NCBI GenBank assembly: GCA_018304045.1
Contig: JAGVWZ010000016.1
Coordinates: 18,063 to 82,062, forward strand
Source: Candidatus Pacearchaeota archaeon
Lineage (GTDB): Archaea > Nanobdellota > Nanobdellia > Pacearchaeales > GW2011-AR1
Reading direction: 5' to 3'
DNA: 64,000 bases
Of this stretch, positions 1-8,046 are shown piece by piece. The position numbers and the translations under genes were made by a program. Positions within the stretch are counted from its first letter, which is position 1, and each line of letters starts with the position of its first letter. Below the pieces are notes generated by a model that ran no database searches, was not told the DNA's origin, and saw only the letters and a program-made list of their open reading frames with translations.

Positions 1-285
1 ATCCATCACACTTTTTAAACTAGGAGGAACATAGCACCATCTTCTATTAGAAGTTAATAATGTAATTTCACTTTTTCTTACATAAAAAACATCAAACACC
101 ATGATTGCATGTGCTTTAATCAATGCATGAACAAGTCTGTCTCTAGAAGTTCCATCATATTGATGCAATTTATTATTAGCAAGTCTTTTCATTGCTTCCC
201 TAGTTTCCTGAAATTCTTGAAAAAATGTTTCTGTTCTTTCAACTCCAAATACTCCAAGCAAAGATTCAAGCATTGTTTTTTTCAT
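1..285 (-). CDS. hypothetical protein, 5' part only (continues past window start)
   Basis: Minus-strand reading frame open from the ATG at 285..283 to position 1 with no stop (MKKTMLESLLGVFGVERTETFF...); not in the ORF track because no stop lies within the window; it explains the antisense ORF 109..351. Confidence 0.3.
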   Translation of the reverse strand, partial: MKKTMLESLLGVFGVERTETFFQEFQETREAMKRLANNKLHQYDGTSRDRLVHALIKAHAIMVFDVFYVRKSEITLLTSNRRWCYVPPSLKSVMD

Positions 286-340
286 ACAAATCAACTAATA
301 AATTCAGTTTATAAGAATTATTGTAATAAAATAACTTTTT

Positions 341-2881
341 TCAGCATCTAGTATAGGTGCATTTAGAACACTTTTCACAACCTTCTTCACGAATCATTGG
401 ACTCTGGCAACTAGGACATAAGTTTGAACTTTTTCTTATTCTTGCTTTAGGAGATTCTTCACTATTTCCATTTGTATGGTTTCCATTATATCCTGCATTA
501 TATGGAGGCCCTTTTTCCAATGCTGTTCTTATAGCTTTTGCAAATGCATCGGGAAGTGATTTTACTTTATTTTCTCCAATTCCAGTTTGATTTTCTCCGC
601 CAATATCTTCTAATTGTTCAACTATTAATCTAGGATCAACACCAGCTTTTATTGCAAGAGACATTAATCTTCCACCCATTTCAGCTAAAGCAGGCAAATC
701 TCCTCCTGCTTTTCCAACAGCAACAAAACTTTCATATGGATGTGGAGCTTGTCCATCTTCAAAAGCCCAATTAAATGTTACAAATGCAGTATGGCCATAA
801 GGAGTTTTAACAGCAACAGTCCTTCCAAAAACATCTCCAGGTCTTGGTTTTTTTAATTCAGACCTAACCAATTGTTCAAGTTCCCCCCTCATATTCCTAT
901 TTGTCTTTCCATCAGATCTTGCTTCAGTATCTAATACCTGTGTTTCTAAACTTCCATCAACATAAACAGTTATTCCTTTACAACCTTTTTTATGCGCAAG
1001 AACATAAGCATCAAGAATATTTTCAACAGTTGCACCTGAACTAAAATTAATTGTTTTACTTATTGCATTATCAACATTTCTTTGGAATACTGCCTGCATT
1101 TCTATATGATGTTTATAATCTATATCCATTGAAGTCTTGAAAACATCCTGTATTTCCTTAGGAATTTCTTTAATACCCTGACAACTTCCTTTATTAGCCC
1201 TGACTTTTTCAATTATTTTATCGACATCAAGACCAGCTTCTTTTATTGCTTCAACAAAAGGAGGAACAATTACTTCAACACTATCTCCACCCCTCATTTC
1301 TTTATAGTATGTTAATGCATAATAAGGTTCAATTCCAGAATTTACACCAGCAACCATTGCAATAGAACCAGTAGGAGCAATTGTTGTTCTTGCAAGATTT
1401 CTAACTCTTTCATTAGGATTTTCTTTATCATAATCACTTTGATCAAATGCAGGAAAAACCCCTTTTTCAACACCAAGTTTAACAGATTCTTCTTTAGCAA
1501 CTTTGTTTATAACACCCATTACTCTATCAGCAAGTTCATATGCTTCAGGACTATCATAACCTATTTTCATTTTCATCAACATATCAGCCCACCCCATTAC
1601 ACCTAATCCAATTCTTCTATGTCTTCTAATTGTTTGTTCAATTTTTGGAATAGGTCCTTCATTTAAATCATTGACATTATCCATAAACCTTACAGCATGT
1701 CTTACTGTTTGTTCCAATCTAGAAAAATCAACTCCTTTATTGCTAACCATATTCGAAAGATTAACACTTCCAAGATTACATGCATCATAGGGATGAAGAG
1801 GTTGTTCACCACAAGGATTTGTAGCATCAAGTAAACCATCTGCCCTCAATAAATTATCTCTTTCAATTGTATCTAAAAATATTATTCCAGGATCCCCTCT
1901 TTTATGAGCATAGGCTGCAATTAAACCTAAAACTTTTTTTGTATCTATCTTAACAATGCCATGTTCATCAACTCTTCCAACAACTTCTTGTTTAGTTAAC
2001 ACATCTTGACCTTTTTCACCACTATATTGAATCATTCCAAGTTCATCAAGTACAGGATAACAATTAACAACATCTTGTCCTCTGATTAACAATGAAGCAG
2101 GTATTGGTTTTTTACCAACTTCAGATCCTGCTTTTGCAGTCATTATATTTATTTCTACATTTTCAAGATCTCTTGCAGTAATGTCTCTTCCATCAAATCT
2201 TAATGTATATTCTTCTCCTCTTTCATAGGCTTCCATAAATCTATTGCTCATTCCAACAGAAATATTAAAATTTCTTAAAACTCCATACATATCCTTTGCT
2301 CTTATAAAATCAAAAATATCCGGATGTTCAACATTAAGCACACCCATATTTGCACCTCTCCTATTTCCGGAATTAATTACTTCTGTTTCTTTATCAAATT
2401 GCCCTGCAAATGATATAGGGCCTGATGCAACACCTTTTTTTACTTTAAATCCACGAGGTCTTAATCTAGAAAAATTATAACCAGTTCCACCACCATTTTT
2501 ATGAACAAGTGCAGCTTCAGCAACAGCTTGATATATTTGTCCAAGATCATCTGGAACAGGCAATACATAACAATTAGCAAGAGCTTTTACTTCTGTTCCC
2601 AAATTTGCCAGAACTCTTCCTCCAGGAAGAAAATCTAGGGAAGACATCATTTCATAAAATTTTTTAGCATAACTTTCAACCTGTTTGGCATCAGCACCAT
2701 ATTTTACTTCAGCTCTTGCAGCTTCTGAAGAAATAGTGTATAATCTTTCTGCAGGAGTTTGAACTCTACCACTGTCAGTTGTAAGATATTTTTTTTCCAT
2801 AATACCTACTCCTGATTCTCCAAGCCTATCCTCAAGCATGTTTGGATTTACATAATCTGGCATTTGTAGTGTTGTAGTCAT
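341..2881 (-). CDS. nrdJ: ribonucleotide reductase, class II (adenosylcobalamin-dependent), with C-terminal Cys4 zinc ribbon
   Basis: 859-aa ORF with RNR-like conserved blocks (VLPVPDDLGQI, NPCGEQPLHPYDACNLGS, GIGLGVMGWADML) and a C-terminal CPSCQSP...CEKCSKC zinc ribbon. The ORF track starts at a GTG (2920); the ATG at 2881 (MTTTLQ...) is preceded by a GGAGAT Shine-Dalgarno-like sequence and is the more likely start. Confidence 0.9.
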   Translation of the reverse strand: MTTTLQMPDYVNPNMLEDRLGESGVGIMEKKYLTTDSGRVQTPAERLYTISSEAARAEVKYGADAKQVESYAKKFYEMMSSLDFLPGGRVLANLGTEVKALANCYVLPVPDDLGQIYQAVAEAALVHKNGGGTGYNFSRLRPRGFKVKKGVASGPISFAGQFDKETEVINSGNRRGANMGVLNVEHPDIFDFIRAKDMYGVLRNFNISVGMSNRFMEAYERGEEYTLRFDGRDITARDLENVEINIMTAKAGSEVGKKPIPASLLIRGQDVVNCYPVLDELGMIQYSGEKGQDVLTKQEVVGRVDEHGIVKIDTKKVLGLIAAYAHKRGDPGIIFLDTIERDNLLRADGLLDATNPCGEQPLHPYDACNLGSVNLSNMVSNKGVDFSRLEQTVRHAVRFMDNVNDLNEGPIPKIEQTIRRHRRIGLGVMGWADMLMKMKIGYDSPEAYELADRVMGVINKVAKEESVKLGVEKGVFPAFDQSDYDKENPNERVRNLARTTIAPTGSIAMVAGVNSGIEPYYALTYYKEMRGGDSVEVIVPPFVEAIKEAGLDVDKIIEKVRANKGSCQGIKEIPKEIQDVFKTSMDIDYKHHIEMQAVFQRNVDNAISKTINFSSGATVENILDAYVLAHKKGCKGITVYVDGSLETQVLDTEARSDGKTNRNMRGELEQLVRSELKKPRPGDVFGRTVAVKTPYGHTAFVTFNWAFEDGQAPHPYESFVAVGKAGGDLPALAEMGGRLMSLAIKAGVDPRLIVEQLEDIGGENQTGIGENKVKSLPDAFAKAIRTALEKGPPYNAGYNGNHTNGNSEESPKARIRKSSNLCPSCQSPMIREEGCEKCSKCTYTRC

Positions 2882-2918
2882 TTTATCTCCTTTTTTGTTT
2901 ATGTCAGGAATTAAAACC

Positions 2919-2934
2919 ACATTCTTTAGAATGT
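2919..2934. promoter_or_regulatory. NrdR-box-like 16-bp palindrome (acattctttagaatgt) in the nrdJ leader
   Basis: Perfect inverted repeat ACATTCT-TT-AGAATGT lying between nrdR and nrdJ; it matches the ACA...TGT palindrome class bound by NrdR in bacteria. Confidence 0.45.
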
Positions 2935-2995
2935 GGTAGTAATTTAACAGGTTTTAATTCCTGAACATCCTAAAAACAAGTGCCTGTCGCAAACC

Positions 2996-3011
2996 ACACA
3001 CTAAAGTGTGT
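2996..3011. promoter_or_regulatory. NrdR-box-like 16-bp palindrome (acacactaaagtgtgt) in the nrdJ leader
   Basis: ACAC-N8-GTGT palindrome agreeing at most positions with the bacterial NrdR-box consensus acaCwAtATaTwGtgt; second box ~77 bp from the first. Confidence 0.5.
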
Positions 3012-3142
3012 TGTGGCATATTGTTTTTTTGATTTTATGTTTACTATTTTTTTAATCAACCTCTTTCATTGCTTTCTTGAAAACTTCAAATCGTTAGATT
3101 TGAATGTTGCCAAAAATTTAAAAATTTTTTAGCATTAAGATT

Positions 3143-3577
3143 TTAATCAACTTCCTTCATTGCTTTTTTAAAATCTTTTAAATCATTAAAGTTCATATAG
3201 ACACTTGCAAACCTTATGAATGCAACATCATCTAATTTTTTTAATTTGTTCATCACCATTCTTCCTATTATTTCAGTTTTTACTTCTTTTCCCTTCTTCT
3301 TTAAATTTTCTTCAATTTCTTCAACTATCTCATCTATTTTTTCAATAGACACTGGCCTTTTTTCACAAGCTCTTATTATACCATTTTTTATTTTCTCTTT
3401 GGAAAAAGCTTCTCTTCTTCCATCTTTTTTTACAACAATAATATTTCCCTGTTCTGCTTTTTCATAGGTTGTAAATCTTTTTTTGCATTTTAGACACTCT
3501 CTTCTCCTTCTCGTACCATCAGGAGACTCACGTTTATCAGTGACATGAGTTTCTAGACCACAAAATATACATTTCAT
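3143..3577 (-). CDS. nrdR: transcriptional repressor NrdR (zinc ribbon + ATP-cone)
   Basis: N-terminal CxxC...CxxC zinc ribbon (MKCIFCGLETHV...CLKCKKRFTTYE) followed by an ATP-cone-like region (VVKKDGRREAFSKEKI...); located directly upstream of nrdJ on the same strand. Confidence 0.85.
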   Translation of the reverse strand: MKCIFCGLETHVTDKRESPDGTRRRRECLKCKKRFTTYEKAEQGNIIVVKKDGRREAFSKEKIKNGIIRACEKRPVSIEKIDEIVEEIEENLKKKGKEVKTEIIGRMVMNKLKKLDDVAFIRFASVYMNFNDLKDFKKAMKEVD

Positions 3578-3675
3578 TTATTTTTTATAGTTCTATATCG
3601 TGTAAACTAGGAGATTTTTAATCTCCTCCCTAACCCTGACGATATACAACCTATTGTATACCTCCTTTTTCTAAA

Positions 3676-3691
3676 ACACAACTACTTGTGT
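3676..3691. promoter_or_regulatory. NrdR-box-like palindrome (acacaactacttgtgt) upstream of nrdR
   Basis: ACAC-N8-GTGT palindrome ~100 bp upstream of the nrdR start, consistent with autoregulation; the neighbouring hairpin ggagatttttaatctcc is also present. Confidence 0.35.
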
Positions 3692-3812
3692 TTTGTAGTA
3701 TTCTAATAAAACAGTACTTTATAAATATTTCTGTAATTAACTACATACAATTTTTTTTCCGACGATAAATTTAAATCTAAAGATTTATAAATTAAGATAA
3801 ATTATTAACAAT

Positions 3813-4091
3813 ATGGTAGGTGAAGAACTTTTTTCAGCAAATCCAACTGCATTACTAAGCAGTTCACTTGGAATTTCAAACAATTTTGCAATAGCAATAA
3901 TTTTTATTATTACCATTTGGTCTTTAGCATGGAAAGGATTTGCATTATGGAAATCTGCCATGAAAAAAAATAAAGTATGGTTTGTAATACTATTAATTGT
4001 GAATACAATCGGAATCCTAGAAATTCTTTACATCTATGTATTTTCAGAAATGAATTTTAATAAAAAATATAATAAAATAAAGAAAAAATAA
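3813..4091 (+). CDS. small membrane protein (2 predicted TM helices), paralog of 16916..17347
   Basis: Shares the motif KGFALWKSAMKKNKVWFVILLIVNTIGIL with KGFAMWRASKKNSKLWFWILLIVSTFGIL in the 16916..17347 ORF. Confidence 0.5.
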   Translation: MVGEELFSANPTALLSSSLGISNNFAIAIIFIITIWSLAWKGFALWKSAMKKNKVWFVILLIVNTIGILEILYIYVFSEMNFNKKYNKIKKK

Positions 4092-4141
4092 TTAATTACT
4101 TTTTTTATGAAGGTTCGTAAGAACCGAATAATAGAAAAATT

Positions 4142-4201
4142 CTAATTTTTCTTTTTAGCTTTTTTCTTAGCCTTTGATTTACAACAACATCCACATGGCA
4201 T
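4142..4201 (-). CDS. 19-aa Cys-rich mini-ORF (MPCGCCCKSKAKKKAKKKN) downstream of iscU
   Basis: ATG at 4201..4199, stop at 4144..4142; five Cys within positions 3-7 followed by a Lys-rich tail; same strand and immediately 3' of the Fe-S scaffold gene; below the length cut-off of the ORF track. Confidence 0.2.
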   Translation of the reverse strand: MPCGCCCKSKAKKKAKKKN

Positions 4202-4252
4202 TTTGTTTTTACCTCTTTCTATAATAATTAAAAATATTAGAATTATATAAAT

Positions 4253-4741
4253 CTAATGATGTTCCCCATTAGCTTCTTTATCTAATTTTTCCAATTCTTT
4301 TTTATATAGTTTTTCTCCGAGGTCTTTTTTAAAAGAGCTCTTTCCATGTTTCATTTCATAATCTAAAATAGCTTTTTTTAATCCACTTGAACCAAGCACA
4401 GAGCAATGAACTTTAACAGAAGGCAATCCTTCAAGTTTATCAACAATCTTCTGATTTGATATCTTCTTTGCTTGTTCAATTGTTTTCCCTTTTGCAATTT
4501 CACATAATGCTTCAGAACTTGCAATTGCACTAACACATCCGAATGTTTGAAACTTAATATCTTTTATCTTGTTGTCCTTAACCTTAAGATAAATTTTCAT
4601 AATGTCCCCACATTGAGGATTTCCAACTTGCCCAACCCCATCTGGATTTTTTATTTCTCCAAAATGTTGAGGATTTGTAAATCTCTTCAAGACTGCCTTT
4701 GTATACGCATTAAAATTATTTTTTTCTTGTTTTTTTACCAT
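4253..4741 (-). CDS. iscU: Fe-S cluster assembly scaffold IscU/NifU-like
   Basis: Three conserved scaffold cysteines in context (NPQCGD, FGCVSA, HCSVLG) plus a Lys/Glu-rich C-terminal extension. Confidence 0.8.
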   Translation of the reverse strand: MVKKQEKNNFNAYTKAVLKRFTNPQHFGEIKNPDGVGQVGNPQCGDIMKIYLKVKDNKIKDIKFQTFGCVSAIASSEALCEIAKGKTIEQAKKISNQKIVDKLEGLPSVKVHCSVLGSSGLKKAILDYEMKHGKSSFKKDLGEKLYKKELEKLDKEANGEHH

Positions 4742-4838
4742 TTTGTTTATTATTAGTAATATTTAATTAAACTTAGATTACCTATTAGCTTAAACTCATA
4801 TACTTTCTCATTTTTGTTATTATACATTAACGATATTT

Positions 4839-5147
4839 TCATTTTCTTTTAATTTTCTTCTTTTCCTTTAATTTATTCTCTCCATTAAGTTCTTTCACAA
4901 GTTCATCAACATCAATTCCATGAACCAATGCACCTTGTTCCAATGTTTCAAATCCAGCCATACCGCAGCCAATGCAATGCATTCCTTTTTCAAATAATAT
5001 CATGATTGCATCTGGATTTTTTTCAATTATTTCATTGAATGTCATTTCTTTAGTTATCTTTATTTTCAAATCTTTCTTTGTTTCTGAAGATTTGGAAAGA
5101 CTGAAATTGTTAGTTTCAGACAATTTCTTTATTTTTTGTTTTTTCAT
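4839..5147 (-). CDS. DUF1858-like redox-disulfide domain protein
   Basis: C-terminal segment EIIEKNPDAIMILFEKGMHCIGCGMAGFETLEQGALVHGIDVDEL matches the DUF1858 (hybrid-cluster-protein-associated) CxxC pattern; sits between iscS and iscU. Confidence 0.5.
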   Translation of the reverse strand: MKKQKIKKLSETNNFSLSKSSETKKDLKIKITKEMTFNEIIEKNPDAIMILFEKGMHCIGCGMAGFETLEQGALVHGIDVDELVKELNGENKLKEKKKIKRK

Positions 5148-5256
5148 GATATTTTTTATTAATGTTTATAGAGTTTATTAGTTATGCAGTTTAGTCTAAT
5201 CAGCTTAGATACTCACTTTATTGTTGTTTAACATTAACAGTATGTCACCTTTTTGT

Positions 5257-6438
5257 TTATTGTATCGGACTCATTTTTCTTAATTTTTCAACAATTCCAG
5301 GTAATATTCCTAAAACATAATCTATTTCTTCTTCTGTATTAAATTTTCCAAGACTTAGTCTTATTGAACTATTTATTTGCATATGAGAAAGTCCAATAGC
5401 AGTAAGCACATGGCTTTTTTCAAGTGAATGTGACGCACAAGCACTTCCTGTTGAACTACTTATTCCATAGGAATCTAAAAATCCACCAATTGCTTCACCT
5501 TCAATATTATTGAATCTTATGTTAATATTATTTGCAAGTCTTTTACTTCCACTAGGCCCATTTAAATTTGTATTCGGAATTTTTAAGATTCCTTCAATTA
5601 ATTTATCTCTTAATCTTCCAATTTCCTTTACATCTTTGTGACCCATAAGTTTCACAGCCTTTGCAAAACCAACAATTCCAGAAACATTTTCAGTTGAACT
5701 TCTTAATTTGAATTCATGTCCACCTCCATGAAATAAAGGAGTTATTTTGTTCTTAACATCCTTGTTTATATACAATCCCCCAACTCCCTTAGGCCCATGA
5801 ATTTTATGAGAATTCAAAGTTAAAAAATCAAGATTCATTTTATTAACGTCAATGTCTATCTTAGTATAGCTTTGGCAAGCATCTGAATGAAAATAAACAT
5901 TATTTTTCTTACAAATTTTTCCAATTGCTTCTAAGTTCTGTATTGTTCCTATTTCATTATTGCCATGTATAACACTTACAACAAGAGTTTTATCAGTAAT
6001 AGCTTCTTCTAGTTCTTTTAAATCAATAAAACCTTCAGAATCAACATTAAGATAAGTTATTTTAGCTCCAAGTGTTTCAAGCCATTTACAACTATTCAAA
6101 ATACAATCATGTTCTATTTTTGTAGTAATAATATGATTCTTTTCTTTTCCAAAAGAAAAAAACAATCCTTTTAATGTAAAATTATTGCTTTCTGTTCCTC
6201 CAGAAGTGAATATTATTTCTTCTCTTTTTGCACCAATTGATTTTGCAATTACATCCCTAGAATCTTCAAGAGCTCTTTTTGCTTCCTGCCCAATAAAATG
6301 CTGAGAGCTAGCATTTCCAAATTTTTCAGTAAAATAAGGCAACATCTCTTTAACAACTTCATCATCAACCCTAGTTGTTGCAGCATTATCTAGGTAAACT
6401 TTTTCAACTTTTGTTTTGTTTTTATTAAATATTCCCAT
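5257..6438 (-). CDS. iscS: cysteine desulfurase (class V aminotransferase, IscS/NifS type)
   Basis: Conserved desulfurase blocks (SHKIHGPKGVGGLYI) and the active-site loop SSGSACAS. Confidence 0.9.
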   Translation of the reverse strand: MGIFNKNKTKVEKVYLDNAATTRVDDEVVKEMLPYFTEKFGNASSQHFIGQEAKRALEDSRDVIAKSIGAKREEIIFTSGGTESNNFTLKGLFFSFGKEKNHIITTKIEHDCILNSCKWLETLGAKITYLNVDSEGFIDLKELEEAITDKTLVVSVIHGNNEIGTIQNLEAIGKICKKNNVYFHSDACQSYTKIDIDVNKMNLDFLTLNSHKIHGPKGVGGLYINKDVKNKITPLFHGGGHEFKLRSSTENVSGIVGFAKAVKLMGHKDVKEIGRLRDKLIEGILKIPNTNLNGPSGSKRLANNINIRFNNIEGEAIGGFLDSYGISSSTGSACASHSLEKSHVLTAIGLSHMQINSSIRLSLGKFNTEEEIDYVLGILPGIVEKLRKMSPIQ

Positions 6439-6440
6439 AT

Positions 6441-6472
6441 TATTATTATTATTATTATTATTAATTTATTCA
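6441..6472. repeat. (ATT)n trinucleotide microsatellite immediately upstream of the iscS start codon
   Basis: Nine or more tandem att units in the 5' leader or promoter of iscS. Confidence 0.8.
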
Positions 6473-6556
6473 GAAGATGTTTAAGTAGCAAGATTAATAT
6501 TTTATGCTCAACTTACTTATCTTACATACATTACTGATTTATATTTTTCCTCCATT

Positions 6557-6883
6557 TCATTTTATTCCTTTAGCTAAGCATTTCTTACAATATTTACTTT
6601 CATGCTGGTCTAATATTTCAAGCATAGGAAGGATAGTTTCTTTATTCAAATGATAAATTCTTTGCTTACCTTTTTGTTTCATCTGAACAATAGCACAATT
6701 CTTCAAAGATTTTAATGCATGGCTTATTTTTGATTGTTCTTCTTTTAATTCCTTTGCTAAGTCTAGAACACTCATTTCTTTTTCCTTAAGCATTCCAACA
6801 ATTCTAATTTTAAGGGGATTTGCAAGATTTCCAAAAAAAGGATAGTATTTTATATTCTCCATTGTATATTTCTTAGTATTCAT
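6557..6883 (-). CDS. ArsR/SmtB-family winged-helix transcriptional regulator
   Basis: HTH signature LANPLKIRIVGMLKEKEMSVLDLAKELKEEQSKISHALKSL; heads the iscS-iscU strand block. Confidence 0.6.
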   Translation of the reverse strand: MNTKKYTMENIKYYPFFGNLANPLKIRIVGMLKEKEMSVLDLAKELKEEQSKISHALKSLKNCAIVQMKQKGKQRIYHLNKETILPMLEILDQHESKYCKKCLAKGIK

Positions 6884-7070
6884 ATGAACTAAGGTTCATA
6901 TATAAATGTTTCTATGATACAAAATAATCATTATCCTTACTAACAATAATGCATTTAAACTCCAATTAATCAATATAAAAGAAAAGGATGGATGTTAAAC
7001 AATAACTTATCTAACCAAGCTTACCACTTACTAAACCAAGTTTTACATTAGCTAATAATATAAATATAAA

Positions 7071-8042
7071 ATGGTAAATCATAAATGCTCAATTATTGCA
7101 GATCCAGATAGTCCTGGATGGGAATTTGCAGAAAAAATTTATCATGAGCTTAGGATGAAAAGTGATTTATTTGAACTGAACAAAATTAACATTAAAAGAT
7201 TTAGAGATAATGAAATAAAACCAAAAATAGAGCTAAATGTAAGAGAAAGATATTGTTTTTTTATCCATAATTCAAATTCAAAACCAAGTGACTGGTTTTT
7301 AGAACTTGCCTTGATAAATCAAGCCCTTGTTAATTCCTCAGCCTATAAAGTGATTAATGTTCTTCCATATTTAAAATTCAGTAGGCAAGATAGAAAAGAT
7401 GAATCAAGAGTTCCAATATCTGCAAAGGCAATAGCAGATGTAATTAGTTTATATGCAAATAGGGTTCTTACCTTAGATGTACATAATCTAGCTATCCAAG
7501 GATTCTATGATACTAAGGTTATTTTTGATAGTCTTTATTCTTTTCCAACAGTTATTAATTATTTAAAAAAACACCATCCAGAAATAATCAATAATCTTGT
7601 AATAATGTCTACAGATGCAGGAGGAGCTCAAAGAGCAAAAATGTTTGCAAAATGTTTAGGAATAAAAGATATTGCAGTTGGTTATAAAACAAGGGAAAAA
7701 ACAGGAGAAGTTGAGGACTTAAAAATACTTGGAGATGTTAAAGATAAAGATGTATTAATAATTGATGATATTGTTGATTCAGGTGGAACTTTAATAAAAG
7801 CAGCAGAAGCATTGAGAAAAGAAGGTGCAAATAAAGTATATGTTTATGCAACTCATGGAATATTTACAAAAGGATATAAAGAAGTTACAGACTGCTTTGA
7901 TAAATTATTCATAGGAGATACAATAAAACAGCCAGAGGACATTAATGCCGAAATAATTTCCTTCATACCATTATTTGCAGAAGCTATCTATAGAATCAGT
8001 GAAGGTGAAAGTCTAAGTGAATTATTCAAGGATGGATATTAA
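7071..8042 (+). CDS. prs: ribose-phosphate pyrophosphokinase (PRPP synthetase)
   Basis: PRPP-binding motif VLIIDDIVDSGGTL and overall Prs-like architecture. Confidence 0.85.
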   Translation: MVNHKCSIIADPDSPGWEFAEKIYHELRMKSDLFELNKINIKRFRDNEIKPKIELNVRERYCFFIHNSNSKPSDWFLELALINQALVNSSAYKVINVLPYLKFSRQDRKDESRVPISAKAIADVISLYANRVLTLDVHNLAIQGFYDTKVIFDSLYSFPTVINYLKKHHPEIINNLVIMSTDAGGAQRAKMFAKCLGIKDIAVGYKTREKTGEVEDLKILGDVKDKDVLIIDDIVDSGGTLIKAAEALRKEGANKVYVYATHGIFTKGYKEVTDCFDKLFIGDTIKQPEDINAEIISFIPLFAEAIYRISEGESLSELFKDGY

Positions 8043-8046
8043 ATAT

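Larger units (their letters stand above)
2901..3016 (-). ncRNA. conserved structured leader element upstream of nrdJ (copy A of a 2-copy family)
   Basis: Nested hairpins: ggaattaaaac...gttttaattcc encloses ccacattctttagaatgtgg. The element recurs at 18701..18925 with compensatory substitutions in the outer stem. Confidence 0.4.

Noticed and set aside
109-351. Plus-strand 80-aa ORF at the window start
   Set aside because: Lies antisense to a longer minus-strand reading frame that runs off the window edge (ATG at 285); low-complexity product; likely spurious.
2882-3142. Possible adenosylcobalamin riboswitch upstream of the B12-dependent RNR
   Set aside because: Searched the minus-strand leader for the B12-box (rAGYCMGgAgaCCkGCc-like) and found nothing resembling it; kept only as an unclassified structured element.
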